Shown piece after piece: positions 37,001 to 45,825 of a stretch of DNA of 50,639 nucleotides (position 1 is its first letter; every line of letters begins with the position of its first letter). Location: positions 1-50,639 of IMG/VR virus record IMGVR_UViG_3300045999_000972; one strand, given 5' to 3'. The DNA comes from a virus. Lineage: Duplodnaviria; Caudoviricetes. The translations under genes and the position numbers were made by a program. Under the pieces are notes generated by a model. It worked only from the letters and a program-made list of their open reading frames with translations. It made no database searches and was not told where the DNA came from.

Positions 37001-39318
37001 ACTCGTTGTTCTATGGCAAGGCTGGTAATCAGAAAGATGCTATGGAACTCCAGTCAGAACTGGACAACATCTTTGTAGGCGAGCACGACATGCGTGACGC
37101 TGATGGCAATATGCAGACAGTTAAGTTGCGAGCCATCGTATCGGCAGCAGAGCAGACTCCTGCCCTTGTGGACATCCTCCACTATGACGAAGTGATGTAC
37201 TCACTCAGCCGCTTGGGTATCAACATTACCCCTGAGCAACGCACGACCTTGGTTCAGAAACTCACATCACAGAACACCCGTGCTCGTGCAAACCTGAAGC
37301 GTTCGGGTGTAGCAGGCTGGGATAAAGATGTTGTCAAGAGTGCGTCGGCTTATCTGGAGCAGCAAGCCTATGTTGCAGCCAACAAAGAATTCCGTCACCA
37401 GTATGACGAAGTGCTGGACAACCCATACAACTGGCAAGGTGACCCAACTCGTTTGGAAGAACTGCGTGTCAAGTGGGAAGGCAGCACTGGCGAGGCTAAA
37501 GAGATTGCAGCCCGTGAGTATTTCCAAGAGAAGTTCTACTACGACAACGCCGTTGAAACTATTGACGGTAAGCGGGTAGAGCGTGGCAACTGGTACAAAG
37601 AACGTGCCAAGTCTTTGCTCGACTGGAAAGAATCCACAGGTGACATCGTTCACGCTGATGACATTTGGACAAACAACGAGTGGTCTGTTGCGGCTCGTAC
37701 ATGGGCGGCTCTTGCCCAACTCGGTGGCTCTATCGCTACTGGTGTGACGCAGATGATTTCGTTGCCGACCAACTCATGGGCGTACCTCTCAGCTTTCAAT
37801 CCGAAGAATGGCTTTGGCCTCGGACTGGGTGCAGGTCGTGCCGCCACATTGTTGTTCGACTATGGTCGTAAAGCAGGTAGCTTCCGCTATGCCAACCTTG
37901 ACTACATCAAGGCACAGATTAAGGAACTCCAAGACAATGGTAAGGACAAGAACAAAGACGGCTTGACGTTTGCCGAACTGAACTTCCTCCAAACCATGAC
38001 TGAGGAACAACGCCTTGATGCGGCACAGTTCAATGCTTTGACTGGTACTAGCCGTGGTCGTAAGATTACTAGCACCCCAATTGCGCAAAAATTTGTTCAG
38101 GTATGGATGTTCCCGTTCAGCTACTCCGAGCAGTTCAACCGTCGAACAACGCTCCTAGCAGCCTATCGTGGTGAGTATGACCGCCAACGTGCATCCGGCT
38201 TAGACCACAACCAAGCTGACCTTGCCGCTCGTGAAGCAGCTTCTCGTGCAGTTGATGCTACCCAAGGTGACTACGCTCAGTACAACCGCCCTGCTTTCTT
38301 CCGTGGTGGTTTGCAGTCGTTCGTCTACATGTACAAGCAGTACCCAATCCTGATGGTTCAGTTGTTGAAAAACATGAACTACGAAGGTCGCATCATCATG
38401 CTCGGGTCGTTGCTCTTGCTGTCTGGTGTGCGTGGCATACCGGGTTCTGACGACATCTTGGACATTGTTGACGGCATCGCACAACGCCTTGGCTTGAAGG
38501 TCGGCTCGATTGAAAAAGAGTTCGCCCGTCTGACCCGTAGCGTATTCGGTGATGAGTTGGCAGCAGAGATTAACCCAATCATGATGCGTGGTTTGCTTGA
38601 CCACTTCACTGGTCTTTCATTCTCGAACCGTTTGGGTCTTGGCGACATCATCCCCGGCACTGGTCTGCTTAAGCCATCGGCTACCAAGCAGGAGATTCTG
38701 CGTGAGGTGGTTAACATTGCAGGTGCACCAACATCTTTCTTGGTGGGTACGTTTGAGTATGCGTTCAACACATTGCCTGCCGTAGCCACAGGTCGTAAGG
38801 GTCTAGGTGCTTTGCTGACTGATAGTCCTGCGACTGCCATCAAGAACTTGGGTACTGCCTTTAAGTTCTACGACACTGGTGCGATTGTTGACACCAAGGG
38901 ATATGTTGTAGCGCAGAACGCAACTGGCTGGGAAATACTTGGTAAGGCTCTCGGTTGGTATCCATCCCGTGCACAGGCACAGATGGACTGGTTGATGGCT
39001 GACTCACAGGAACAAGCCTACATGTCCATGATTAAGACTGAGGCTACCCGTCAGGCAGTCGCCGCTCGTTTGTCGGGTGACGCTGAAGCTGAGAAGGAAG
39101 TCAAAGAGTACATCAAAGACTGGAACGAATCCACCAAGGGTACACGCTTGGAGATTCGCAACTTCGACAAGGGATTGAACCAAGCCTTCCGTGAAGCCAA
39201 GAAGCCACTCGCATTGCGTAGCCTCAAGTCGTCATCGAAAGGTGGTAGGGCAGAAGCCAAGGAGTTGCTACGCATCTACGGCGTAGACGAGGAAACCCTT
39301 TCGGGCATCCCCGACTAA
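31057..39318 (+). CDS. Giant internal virion protein, polyvalent-protein type (MORN repeats, zincin-like motif, PLxRFG-like motif)
   Basis: 2753 aa, last late gene; MORN repeats about 33397-33600; HETLGH at 35026-35043; YVPLIREGDW at about 36898-36927. Confidence 0.8.
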   Translation: MATKAPQSFENPLYSDSGGSVASQMSPYTFLNPASSTGADALQKGLADIATMGQTAQRLTQFELPQVKRPPAIAYSPSQKKLFVQGVTFDEDDSDMTLRAEQLLDRPSVGMPQGGDWVTLTPQAYGQIANTIRNPGLGRLMSKNFGIGVDQLQLLAGRGLQLAGAEQTGQAIVDRQMEDLRKNLPFRREFTEIDSTKGAIEWLAATVAQQGPNILESVGTAAAGFFAGTAAGGPLAGAGGALAGLAGKTAFKQSVLAALKKRAAGEALDATETKLLREAAGIAGATILSVGQNYATGAADIYGEFREQGSGADDTNARLAALSGAVPYAVLESVPEFILASRLFGAGGLSARGGARNLQDIQGKTFLGTQGLRGTELLKRGAKGAVVGGTSEGVTELGQESLLVGMTGQDFADPDVQKRLIESFAAGFGVGGTIGAGANLRRGPIGKQPTNLLNPGQTTDPTPSDSREIAPMGGPSPAGGMGARPDFVAGAEGVRRSTPGDRIYTGEVQPNQFGGAQGVLDLGGIPVAEAKARSMQGNVQPQRVWDVTTQSFRDVTPEELAAQVGPQQQYTDPNQLALQFAPPAPSGVGFTDQAAPVLNPAMQQAMNLAQSRQAQAQAQSAALAQREADLNKLQVQAEAQRQLDIAQQAMDAARAQQQQTQQQLPTKPLPVRAPQQLELFSRKEAPRPSRAEGLRRGVGTQLPEPTTPVLPVQDLRRSAQVPMFTQQGQPSVAALKSAGTRQQVVPTVQQGATQIAPTGAPVTAVTSEAAKGAALKKEKSGTITFEDGSVYTGQLKKGEPNGQGTLIYSDTSTYTGQFKNGKPQGTGRFEDADGTVFDGQFDDGDFVQPEGEADAVQEPSPAEVPVRQRTKGGSEVRKGDTEGGKAPAKGQALKAKEKVATEPTEPTEPTPPKGGKKTLKKEPKKTEAKAEAAPKAAKLQKGPSGLAAMVGQLMAATEQGAVVESQPAKRGAPVTSAETLEANEELDLAIETAETTKNAAKYAEALFDIVSAYAYGTERSYLLKTSTKFLTDEGGVPKGDYVAALREVALDADAIKPNSRLYGLLADAGLLNDVNVMANVRVPGAKATQEAVVGEVVGANSEITAEESLANFIDSNPQWPNRKQLVDKLKKLYAKIDDDTFAVGKRGRIKDFFDADGNPLVTQPAGTSYFIPNTVAEEKTTKSDFVSKHESARKELRDLEDTEDQTTLDDLQFDPFYDRKPNSDDDWRAFRSDGKPLTPMKAGPLRLFAARVISKYARKPRVAVFANIQDMKRSNPALFEAAAKARKDGDIEAVNAAGMAWGDNVVLFADLIHSEEHARFIIAHETLGHVGFRGLFSSQALDKILRFVADADPHLTHEANIYANGKGIPFLEAVEEVLADRAAAIDNNTVLRFWNWLKDQLNKLGFSFNEDAARYLIGLSRKYIRQGVGRSEVNTSGLFKEINEALATEQSDIEVLRFAQSAAQGSAYFAQNFTNRDFAIYGGISRSIQDIVGASQKAAELRKQGVGTWRNIGNVAQKILDGIQTQDNMARKSKGYFNIFRLLQDQAARQTELKTQYAEITKIAHEAKFLGFGDGLTPEQSVRAGELMAYATLFKMNQVSDTKVAQMDNIVFYDPDNLEPVPKVNVEGYNQLKQVGRMTPEEFRNGFKIQQGTEERPMTAEYKAELGAQRDRELAIMEAGKDKELARLQKKLAGAANEEAKLEFGLRIKRLENKYASNVESTKRFYTKQMNEKTYEAPRMTDSLDWFKDVDGTVIENDDGTVTYTGKSLEYQVYLQFHDAISKSAADVLIGKYLGAIHEQKRAVSTGIGVAFNQSLTAQETKFIEDVVEQYDRMRLKDSGYKNNRFVMSEAAQEDADDWLNYKFGRAFYTDLALNDITSMIEGYTAAEVDTLVRGMRKKLRTKVDPDLDDVNSSSIWALVHRVEERAMFAASINDDQFYAKRTIAGSYVPLIREGDWQVRIQAYKTVNGQDVPVKLRQGQQDSLFYGKAGNQKDAMELQSELDNIFVGEHDMRDADGNMQTVKLRAIVSAAEQTPALVDILHYDEVMYSLSRLGINITPEQRTTLVQKLTSQNTRARANLKRSGVAGWDKDVVKSASAYLEQQAYVAANKEFRHQYDEVLDNPYNWQGDPTRLEELRVKWEGSTGEAKEIAAREYFQEKFYYDNAVETIDGKRVERGNWYKERAKSLLDWKESTGDIVHADDIWTNNEWSVAARTWAALAQLGGSIATGVTQMISLPTNSWAYLSAFNPKNGFGLGLGAGRAATLLFDYGRKAGSFRYANLDYIKAQIKELQDNGKDKNKDGLTFAELNFLQTMTEEQRLDAAQFNALTGTSRGRKITSTPIAQKFVQVWMFPFSYSEQFNRRTTLLAAYRGEYDRQRASGLDHNQADLAAREAASRAVDATQGDYAQYNRPAFFRGGLQSFVYMYKQYPILMVQLLKNMNYEGRIIMLGSLLLLSGVRGIPGSDDILDIVDGIAQRLGLKVGSIEKEFARLTRSVFGDELAAEINPIMMRGLLDHFTGLSFSNRLGLGDIIPGTGLLKPSATKQEILREVVNIAGAPTSFLVGTFEYAFNTLPAVATGRKGLGALLTDSPATAIKNLGTAFKFYDTGAIVDTKGYVVAQNATGWEILGKALGWYPSRAQAQMDWLMADSQEQAYMSMIKTEATRQAVAARLSGDAEAEKEVKEYIKDWNESTKGTRLEIRNFDKGLNQAFREAKKPLALRSLKSSSKGGRAEAKELLRIYGVDEETLSGIPD
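33617..33754 (+). CDS. Nested small basic protein (45 aa) in the +1 frame of the giant gene
   Basis: SD AGAAGGAG 6 nt before the ATG; MPFKSQAQRKYLYANEPKVAAKFAKETPKGAKLPQKVKPSKPKKK. Confidence 0.7.
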   Translation: MPFKSQAQRKYLYANEPKVAAKFAKETPKGAKLPQKVKPSKPKKK

Positions 39319-42179
39319 ACAACCTTGAGTTGTCCGTGAGTTAAGTCAGACACGGAGTGGTCGGCGTCATCCAAGATTCCCATTAAGCGTGGGTGATTGA
39401 GGTTGATACCGACCACATAACATTGTGGAATCTTAATACCAACATCTTTACCGAAGTACGCCTTCTGTGACTTGGGTGTAGCAACGATACCCTCGACCTC
39501 GAACTCTTGGACAAATGCCTTGTAGTCATAGCCACGATTGCTGAGCCACCTACGCAACTTGGTTCGCTCGATGAGGACAGTGCCGCTTTCAAACTTGCCA
39601 TCGTACGTCTTGCGGTACAGGTCGTAGCGCACCATGATGTCAGCAATATATGGTCGGTTGTTATCCCGCATTGGCTTCTGACCGGGGGTGTGCATGACCG
39701 TCAAGGTCGCATCCATATGTTCGTTGATGAATTCGCCCAGTGCATCGAACGCATCCATGCGGTTGGAAGCGGCAGACACCTTCATGGATTTCAGTTCACC
39801 CAGTGCCCACTCAGTTGCGTCTTCGTAGTCGTACTGGATAAGCCCGTACTCTTTGGCAAGGCGGTTGCCCAAGTCAGCAAGCACCACACCTATTTCCCAA
39901 AAGCGTTCGTCACCGCTGAAGTTCACACCATACTTCTTGGGGAACTCATTGATGGCATGGTCGAGCATAGCCTTGATACCGTCAACACCCAATGGCATCA
40001 GCCGCCGAATGAACTCGTGCCCTGCCGCACCATAGTTACCCATCAAGAACGCATGAATCTGACGACCCACTTGGCTACCTGATGTGAACAGTGGGTGTGG
40101 GTGGACATTGAACTCAAGCAGTCGAGCGAGCTTGGCATCCGTAGCGTGACCACCTGCGTACAACATACTGTGCAACGACTCGTTGGTCGATACAGTCATG
40201 GTGGTTGCCCACTCTTTGGTCGCACGTTCTTCTGCACTGCGGTTCAAACGAGCCTTGTCCCTACCCTGTGATGTCCAGTAGATTAGGTCGCCTGCTTCCT
40301 CACGGTCAAGCATTGTCAGTTCATCCACCGTCATGGGTAAGTTGCCATGCAAGGACAAGCGTGAGAACAAACTGTTCTGTGTAAACTTGCCACCGAAGTG
40401 GAGTTGGTCGGGGTTGCCCCACACTGACTGCATCATGTACTGACCGAGCGTCTTACCGCCACCAGTCTTCCCGTACAGGGACAGTATCAAACCCTTCAAG
40501 CCACTGACCTTGAGCAGTGGTGTTGCAAACGAGAAGCCAATCAGGAACTTGTGGAGTTTCAAGTCAGCAGTCTCAAGGACACGGGTGAAGTTAGTCCACT
40601 CTTGCAGTGAACCCTTTGTACCGTACATGTCCTCAGAAATCCTGCCGATACCTTGAGCAAGGTTGATGGTCTCTGTATTGATAGTACCGCTGGAGTCACG
40701 GCGCAGAAGCGTGTTGCCAACCACGAACTCGTTGTACTCTGACTTCCATCCCATTGATGAATACAGGTTCGTGAGTCCTCGGCGTTGCTTCAATTCCTCC
40801 ATGTATGAACGTAGAAGCATTTGGAAATTTTCCGTCTGTGACTTGTTGTAGAGAAGGATGCCTTGGTCTGCAATAGCGGTAGAGAAGTCACGACTACCCT
40901 GTGCCAAGTTCGCCTGCCGTAGTGCCAGTTCAGTCCAACCAACGTGCGGTCGATTCCACATGAACCGTACTACCTCGTATCCAAGTCCTTCGTCTCTGCC
41001 GTATCCCACTGGGTACAAGTCGAACTTGCATACGTCAATGTCCGTCTCCTCAACCACCATCTTCATACCATCTGTGGTTCGCTTGAATGGTTTGGGTACG
41101 GGTACAACTGCGGCAATCGGGTCAACCAATGCCGCCATAGATTTCACTTCAGCCAACTGTGTGCCCAGTCTTGCAGGGCTACCAATCTTGTCCTTGAACT
41201 TACAACCTTTACATCCGTCAGGGCGTTCGATACTAAACTTCTCGCAGGTTGTCGGGCCTGTCGCTCCGTTCTTCCAGTTGATGACCTTCGATACAACTTC
41301 TTGTTCGTTGAATCCTGAGTACTGCTCACTCCACTTAACGGCGGTAGCTTCGGGGTCAGCACAGAAAGCGGCGACTCCCATGACCTTCCACCACATTGGC
41401 TCAAGCACATCGTTCTGATTTTCTACTGCCCACTTAATCTGTTGGCAACCTGCGACCACCTTGTCTGCAATGGCAGGTTGGTATTCATGCTTGACTGCTA
41501 AGTTATCTAGCAACGAGTTGGTACGTGTCTGTCCTACGGGTGGCTCATAGGATGAGCTACCTGCAAACTTCTCAAGTACCGACCACAGTTGTGCGTACGT
41601 CACATCCTGCGCATCACGTATCAACGTAGCGGTACGACCACCTTTGGGATTGACACACCCAATCGGTCTAAGAATACGAGCGTTGTCACCAGTCACGCCA
41701 ATGTCAGGCGTGAACCCATTAGCCACACATGCTTCCTTCAAAGCGTTGGCGAGTGGCTTCCACTGTGCAGGCGCAATCGCATCAGCCAGTATCCAGTAAA
41801 CATGTAGCCCGTTGCCTGACGAAACAATCATCGGCATCGGTAGCCCTACTGCTTGAACAAAAGCAACAAGAGCCTGCGCTCCCGCCTTTGCGTCAATGAA
41901 CGGTTTGGCTTTGCCGTTCTTACCTATCCCGCAGTCAACGTCAATGGCAAGCACCTTCGTGCGCTCAACGAACTCCTGCTTTCTGCGCTTCTCCGTGAAC
42001 GTGGAGATTGCGTAGTATGTGTTCTGCCCTCTGTCATTGAGAGCCTGTGCAACCTGAGCGAGTTTTTCTACCGAATCAAAGTAGCCATGTCTTGGTGCAG
42101 GGTTGTCCCCTTCAAAACTAGCTATGCAATACAAGCCTTCACTTGGTAGTACTCGCTGAAAAAAACTCAGCGTGTCCAT
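39315..42179 (-). CDS. DNA primase-helicase (AEP-like N-terminus plus DUF927-type helicase)
   Basis: IDVD and SSGNGLHVYW primase motifs, Cys cluster C..C..C, Walker A GKTGGGKT, Walker B MTVDE. Confidence 0.85.
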   Translation of the reverse strand: MDTLSFFQRVLPSEGLYCIASFEGDNPAPRHGYFDSVEKLAQVAQALNDRGQNTYYAISTFTEKRRKQEFVERTKVLAIDVDCGIGKNGKAKPFIDAKAGAQALVAFVQAVGLPMPMIVSSGNGLHVYWILADAIAPAQWKPLANALKEACVANGFTPDIGVTGDNARILRPIGCVNPKGGRTATLIRDAQDVTYAQLWSVLEKFAGSSSYEPPVGQTRTNSLLDNLAVKHEYQPAIADKVVAGCQQIKWAVENQNDVLEPMWWKVMGVAAFCADPEATAVKWSEQYSGFNEQEVVSKVINWKNGATGPTTCEKFSIERPDGCKGCKFKDKIGSPARLGTQLAEVKSMAALVDPIAAVVPVPKPFKRTTDGMKMVVEETDIDVCKFDLYPVGYGRDEGLGYEVVRFMWNRPHVGWTELALRQANLAQGSRDFSTAIADQGILLYNKSQTENFQMLLRSYMEELKQRRGLTNLYSSMGWKSEYNEFVVGNTLLRRDSSGTINTETINLAQGIGRISEDMYGTKGSLQEWTNFTRVLETADLKLHKFLIGFSFATPLLKVSGLKGLILSLYGKTGGGKTLGQYMMQSVWGNPDQLHFGGKFTQNSLFSRLSLHGNLPMTVDELTMLDREEAGDLIYWTSQGRDKARLNRSAEERATKEWATTMTVSTNESLHSMLYAGGHATDAKLARLLEFNVHPHPLFTSGSQVGRQIHAFLMGNYGAAGHEFIRRLMPLGVDGIKAMLDHAINEFPKKYGVNFSGDERFWEIGVVLADLGNRLAKEYGLIQYDYEDATEWALGELKSMKVSAASNRMDAFDALGEFINEHMDATLTVMHTPGQKPMRDNNRPYIADIMVRYDLYRKTYDGKFESGTVLIERTKLRRWLSNRGYDYKAFVQEFEVEGIVATPKSQKAYFGKDVGIKIPQCYVVGINLNHPRLMGILDDADHSVSDLTHGQLKVV

Positions 42180-42219
42180 ATGTTCCCCGTTAATGGGGGG
42201 TGGTTAGCCCCCCAGTACC

Positions 42220-42507
42220 TCAATTAAAACGCTTCATACATTCATCAAGACGTTCTTTCCTCTGCTTCTGTTCCATTGCAATCACATCAGGGGTAGGCCA
42301 TTTGTCCTCGACCATGATGGATAGCAACTGCTTGAGCACAGTCCTTACCGTTTCATCGTTGGCTTTGCGGAGAACCTTGCCCCGCACCCAACCATAATAC
42401 GTCATGCGACTGACTCCGAACAGGGAAGCCATGTCGTTGGTTGTCAACATCATGTGCTTCCGCAACGCCTCGACCTTTGTAAAGTCAATGGGCGGGTTAG
42501 GCGTCAT
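42220..42507 (-). CDS. XRE-type helix-turn-helix protein
   Basis: LRKHMMLTTNDMASLFGVSRMTYYGW. Confidence 0.8.
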   Translation of the reverse strand: MTPNPPIDFTKVEALRKHMMLTTNDMASLFGVSRMTYYGWVRGKVLRKANDETVRTVLKQLLSIMVEDKWPTPDVIAMEQKQRKERLDECMKRFN

Positions 42508-43483
42508 CTGCGTTCACCTCACCAACAAGAGCGGCAATCTCATCAGCCAGTGATGCGGCAGATGGAGCAGTCGCAGTAGCGGCAGGAGTAGCCTTAGCCT
42601 GCGGTGCAGGTGCAGGGGTCGCCGCCTTTTTAGGAGCACCAAAACCACGCTTCGGAGCGGCAGATTCTTCTGCCACGGGGGTAGGAGCAGGTTCAGGTTG
42701 AGCCGCCACGGGAGCGGGTTTCGGTGCAACTTGTTGTGGTGCGGCAATCTTTGGCACTGCTGGGGCCGCAGACGTACGCAACTCACCTGTGATTTGACGC
42801 ACTTCCTCAGAGCCAAACAGCCTGTCAACTTCTTGCTGTGTGTCGGCATCCAAGAAACCACCGAAGTCGAACTTCAGTTTCGGGAACGATGCGTCAGTGT
42901 CAAACGATACACGAGTACGGACAATCTCAGCAGGGATACCACGCAGAGACAATTCCTTTTGGTATTTACCCAAGCCTTGCAATGCGGCAGGAGTAACTTG
43001 CAACAGGTAAATCGGGCCTGTTGGGTCATCAGCAGACACAACTGCCAAACGCTTTTGGTCAGAGCAGGCTTTGATTTGTTTGCCTTGTGGTGTTACCTTG
43101 CTACCCCATGCGTTCTGTGGGCAAGACGCACACAAATCGTTTTGTGGTTCAGTGGCTTGTGCATCAGGGCCGACACCATCCAAAGAGAAACAGTCAGGGC
43201 TAGATGGTTCGCTCTCAGGAGTCCACGCCTTGGCATACCAAGTCTTAGACAAGCGAGGGTTAGCACCCACGATGACCACATCCAAAGTGGTGGAGTCAAG
43301 CACAGTCTCAGTACCACCTTCAGCGATACGGAAGCGACTGCCTTTGATAGAGATACGTGCAGTGGATTCAACACCACCGCCGATACCGCCACTCAAGGAC
43401 TGTGACAAAACAGAAGGGACACCTACACGTTGAGCGAGGTGGGCGGGAACTTGCACGTTGGCAAGAGTGATTGCGTTGCTCAT
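42497..43483 (-). CDS. Putative ssDNA-binding/recombination protein
   Basis: RISIKGSRF, PDCFS.DG..P, CASCPQNAWGS, KAC motifs; Pro/Ala linker and acidic C-terminus; replication context. Confidence 0.55.
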   Translation of the reverse strand: MSNAITLANVQVPAHLAQRVGVPSVLSQSLSGGIGGGVESTARISIKGSRFRIAEGGTETVLDSTTLDVVIVGANPRLSKTWYAKAWTPESEPSSPDCFSLDGVGPDAQATEPQNDLCASCPQNAWGSKVTPQGKQIKACSDQKRLAVVSADDPTGPIYLLQVTPAALQGLGKYQKELSLRGIPAEIVRTRVSFDTDASFPKLKFDFGGFLDADTQQEVDRLFGSEEVRQITGELRTSAAPAVPKIAAPQQVAPKPAPVAAQPEPAPTPVAEESAAPKRGFGAPKKAATPAPAPQAKATPAATATAPSAASLADEIAALVGEVNADDA

Positions 43484-43507
43484 AGATATTCTCCTTTAGT
43501 GAGCGGG

Positions 43508-43912
43508 TTAATCATCAACACGGGTTGCGGGTTTGCGAATGTTAATTTCCAGTTTCGTACCGTAGTTAACACCGGGGGGTACTGCCTTGTTCGCTTCAAT
43601 ATATCCACGGACAGCTATCTTGCTGATGCGTTTCTCTAACATGTCGAACGCTTCTTGTGTCCGAATGAAATCGAGTACGGCATCCCAGTCAGCTACGTTG
43701 GCATAGTCAGTGGTTGTCAGGAACGCAGTGCCATGCTTGGTCTTGAACGATGTCACACCTTGCACGTCAGCCTGTTCCTTAATCCATGCTTCCAACTTCT
43801 CCATCTTTGCTTTGATGGTAGACACACGGTCTTTCACCTCAGCTTCAATAGATTCCTTTTGCGACCTTAACTTCATGTAGGTCGCTACTACATCATCTAC
43901 GTTTACAGTCAT
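43508..43912 (-). CDS. Conserved phage replication-module protein
   Basis: Coiled-coil N-terminus, VADWDA and VPPGVN motifs. Confidence 0.7.
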   Translation of the reverse strand: MTVNVDDVVATYMKLRSQKESIEAEVKDRVSTIKAKMEKLEAWIKEQADVQGVTSFKTKHGTAFLTTTDYANVADWDAVLDFIRTQEAFDMLEKRISKIAVRGYIEANKAVPPGVNYGTKLEINIRKPATRVDD

Positions 43913-43916
43913 AGTG

Positions 43917-45470
43917 TCACCTATTAGTCTGTTGTTGAATTAAATCAAGAAGCAAGCCTTGCAACTTCTGCTTGTTCTTCAATCGTTCGTACATCTTGTA
44001 CTCAAGGTCTGTCGCCTCGATGTGGATGACGTTCGATACATGCTTCTTGCCGATACGCTCGACTCGACCATTCGCCTGAACATATTGTTCGTTGCTAGTA
44101 ATCGGGCCATACCAGATGATTGTTGACGCACTCGTGAGCGTTAAGCCGTGTGCCATCGTCGCAGGATGAGCAATCAGAACATGTGGGTCTTTAGCATGTT
44201 GAAAGTCATGGAAGATTTGATTGCGCTTGGATGAGGACACCTCACCATTGACAACACCAACCGACCAATGCTTGCTCAACTCTTTCTCCAACATGTGTAG
44301 AGTACCCGTCAGCGGTACAAACACAATCACCTTTTCCCCTGCTTCCTCTATTACCTCCTTCACAAGATTGATGCGGGGCGCACAATCCAATTCAATGTTC
44401 TGTCCATCATCACCATAGGCTACACCGCAGGCAATCTGAACCAACTTCTGAATCTTCACTGCTTCATTAACCGCCGTGATAGTTCCATCGGAGGTCATCT
44501 CTGTAACAAAATGCCTGAGCATTTGTTGGTAATGCTTCTTCTGTTCCGCAGTCAGTTCCACTTGGCGGGTTTGAATCACCGTGTCAGGTAAATCAAAGCA
44601 CTCGTCTCGTGTGTACCGTACCGCAGGTTGCAGAATATGTTTCACAATGTCCACCGACTCAGGCCGAGGGACAAACTTCCACTGCCCTATCTTCATCATC
44701 ACTTGCTCACGGAAGGATGTGAATGTCTTGGTGCAGTGTGGACTGTTCACCAACTTGGCTAGTGCCCACGCATCTGTCGGGTCGTTCGGTGTAGGTGTGC
44801 CAGTCATCAACCACAAACGTGTTGACGGGTTAGCATCCATCCACTTACGGAATATCTTGAACCGTTGTGTCGATGGGTTACGTAGCACCGCCGCCTCATC
44901 GACAATCACCAAGTCGAACATGCCGATGGCATCCTGAGCAATGATGTTGAAGCCGTCATGGTTGATGATGTAGAACTGTACATCCTTTGACAACAACTTC
45001 TTGCGCTTCTCTGCCGTGCCATGCAACACCACGAACTTGCGGTGTGGGAAACCAGTAAAGATTGCATCACCCCATACACGTTCCAGTGTGGACAATGGCG
45101 ACAGTATCAGTACCTTCCTTACATGCTTGGCTTTGATGAGGTAGTCAGCCGCCCACAAAGAACTCTGCGTCTTACCTGTACCGATTTCATTCAGCACGAG
45201 TCCGCGTTGGTTGAGCGTCAAGAACGCAGCAGTATCTTTCTGATGGTCATACGGTGTGTACTGACCGGGCCAGTCGTAGTAATGTAGGATGGGGGATGGT
45301 GCTTTGATGCCTAGGTTGTTTAGCACCTTGACTTCATCCAACCTGTGGGGAGCAACCACAAGGGGTATGCCTCGGACTTCAATAGTCTTGGCAGTCGGGA
45401 TGCTATCAAGCACCCGATTGGGGTTGTTCAATTTCAGAGCAAGTGTCCTTGCCTGTTCCACTACCAACAT
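43917..45470 (-). CDS. SNF2-like SF2 helicase
   Basis: EIGTGKT, IVDEA, MTGTP, HGLTL and QANGRVERIG motifs. Confidence 0.92.
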   Translation of the reverse strand: MLVVEQARTLALKLNNPNRVLDSIPTAKTIEVRGIPLVVAPHRLDEVKVLNNLGIKAPSPILHYYDWPGQYTPYDHQKDTAAFLTLNQRGLVLNEIGTGKTQSSLWAADYLIKAKHVRKVLILSPLSTLERVWGDAIFTGFPHRKFVVLHGTAEKRKKLLSKDVQFYIINHDGFNIIAQDAIGMFDLVIVDEAAVLRNPSTQRFKIFRKWMDANPSTRLWLMTGTPTPNDPTDAWALAKLVNSPHCTKTFTSFREQVMMKIGQWKFVPRPESVDIVKHILQPAVRYTRDECFDLPDTVIQTRQVELTAEQKKHYQQMLRHFVTEMTSDGTITAVNEAVKIQKLVQIACGVAYGDDGQNIELDCAPRINLVKEVIEEAGEKVIVFVPLTGTLHMLEKELSKHWSVGVVNGEVSSSKRNQIFHDFQHAKDPHVLIAHPATMAHGLTLTSASTIIWYGPITSNEQYVQANGRVERIGKKHVSNVIHIEATDLEYKMYERLKNKQKLQGLLLDLIQQQTNR

Positions 45471-45474
45471 GTCA

Positions 45475-45783
45475 TCACCTGTAAAGTTTTTCTTCTATCG
45501 CTTGTTCCAATGAAGCAATGGAATCTTGGTCATAGACTAAGAACCACCACCCACCTGCGCTTTGTATCTGTTCACCACACTGCACTTGCAATACCGTAGG
45601 CTTCTTTGTCCTATCAGCTTTGACTTCAATCCCAACAAACTTACCCTTCACAATCGCAATGATGTCGGGGATACCTGCCTTACCAAATCCATTGTTGGCA
45701 GGGAAGAAGTACCACACTTGGTGGGTCTTCAGTACCTCGACAACCTTACGTTTTATCTTGCCTTCGGGTGTCATAGCACTCAT
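45475..45783 (-). CDS. VRR-NUC domain nuclease
   Basis: TPEGKIK, GIPDII, GIEVKA; alternative start at 45774. Confidence 0.88.
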   Translation of the reverse strand: MSAMTPEGKIKRKVVEVLKTHQVWYFFPANNGFGKAGIPDIIAIVKGKFVGIEVKADRTKKPTVLQVQCGEQIQSAGGWWFLVYDQDSIASLEQAIEEKLYR

Positions 45784-45809
45784 TGTAGTCTCCTTTACAT
45801 CGCTGTCAA
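45782..45809 (-). promoter_or_regulatory. Sigma70 promoter for the helicase/primase operon
   Basis: TTGACA-N16-TACAAT with an A-rich UP-like element. Confidence 0.7.
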
Positions 45810-45825
45810 GTTTTATTTTATTAGG

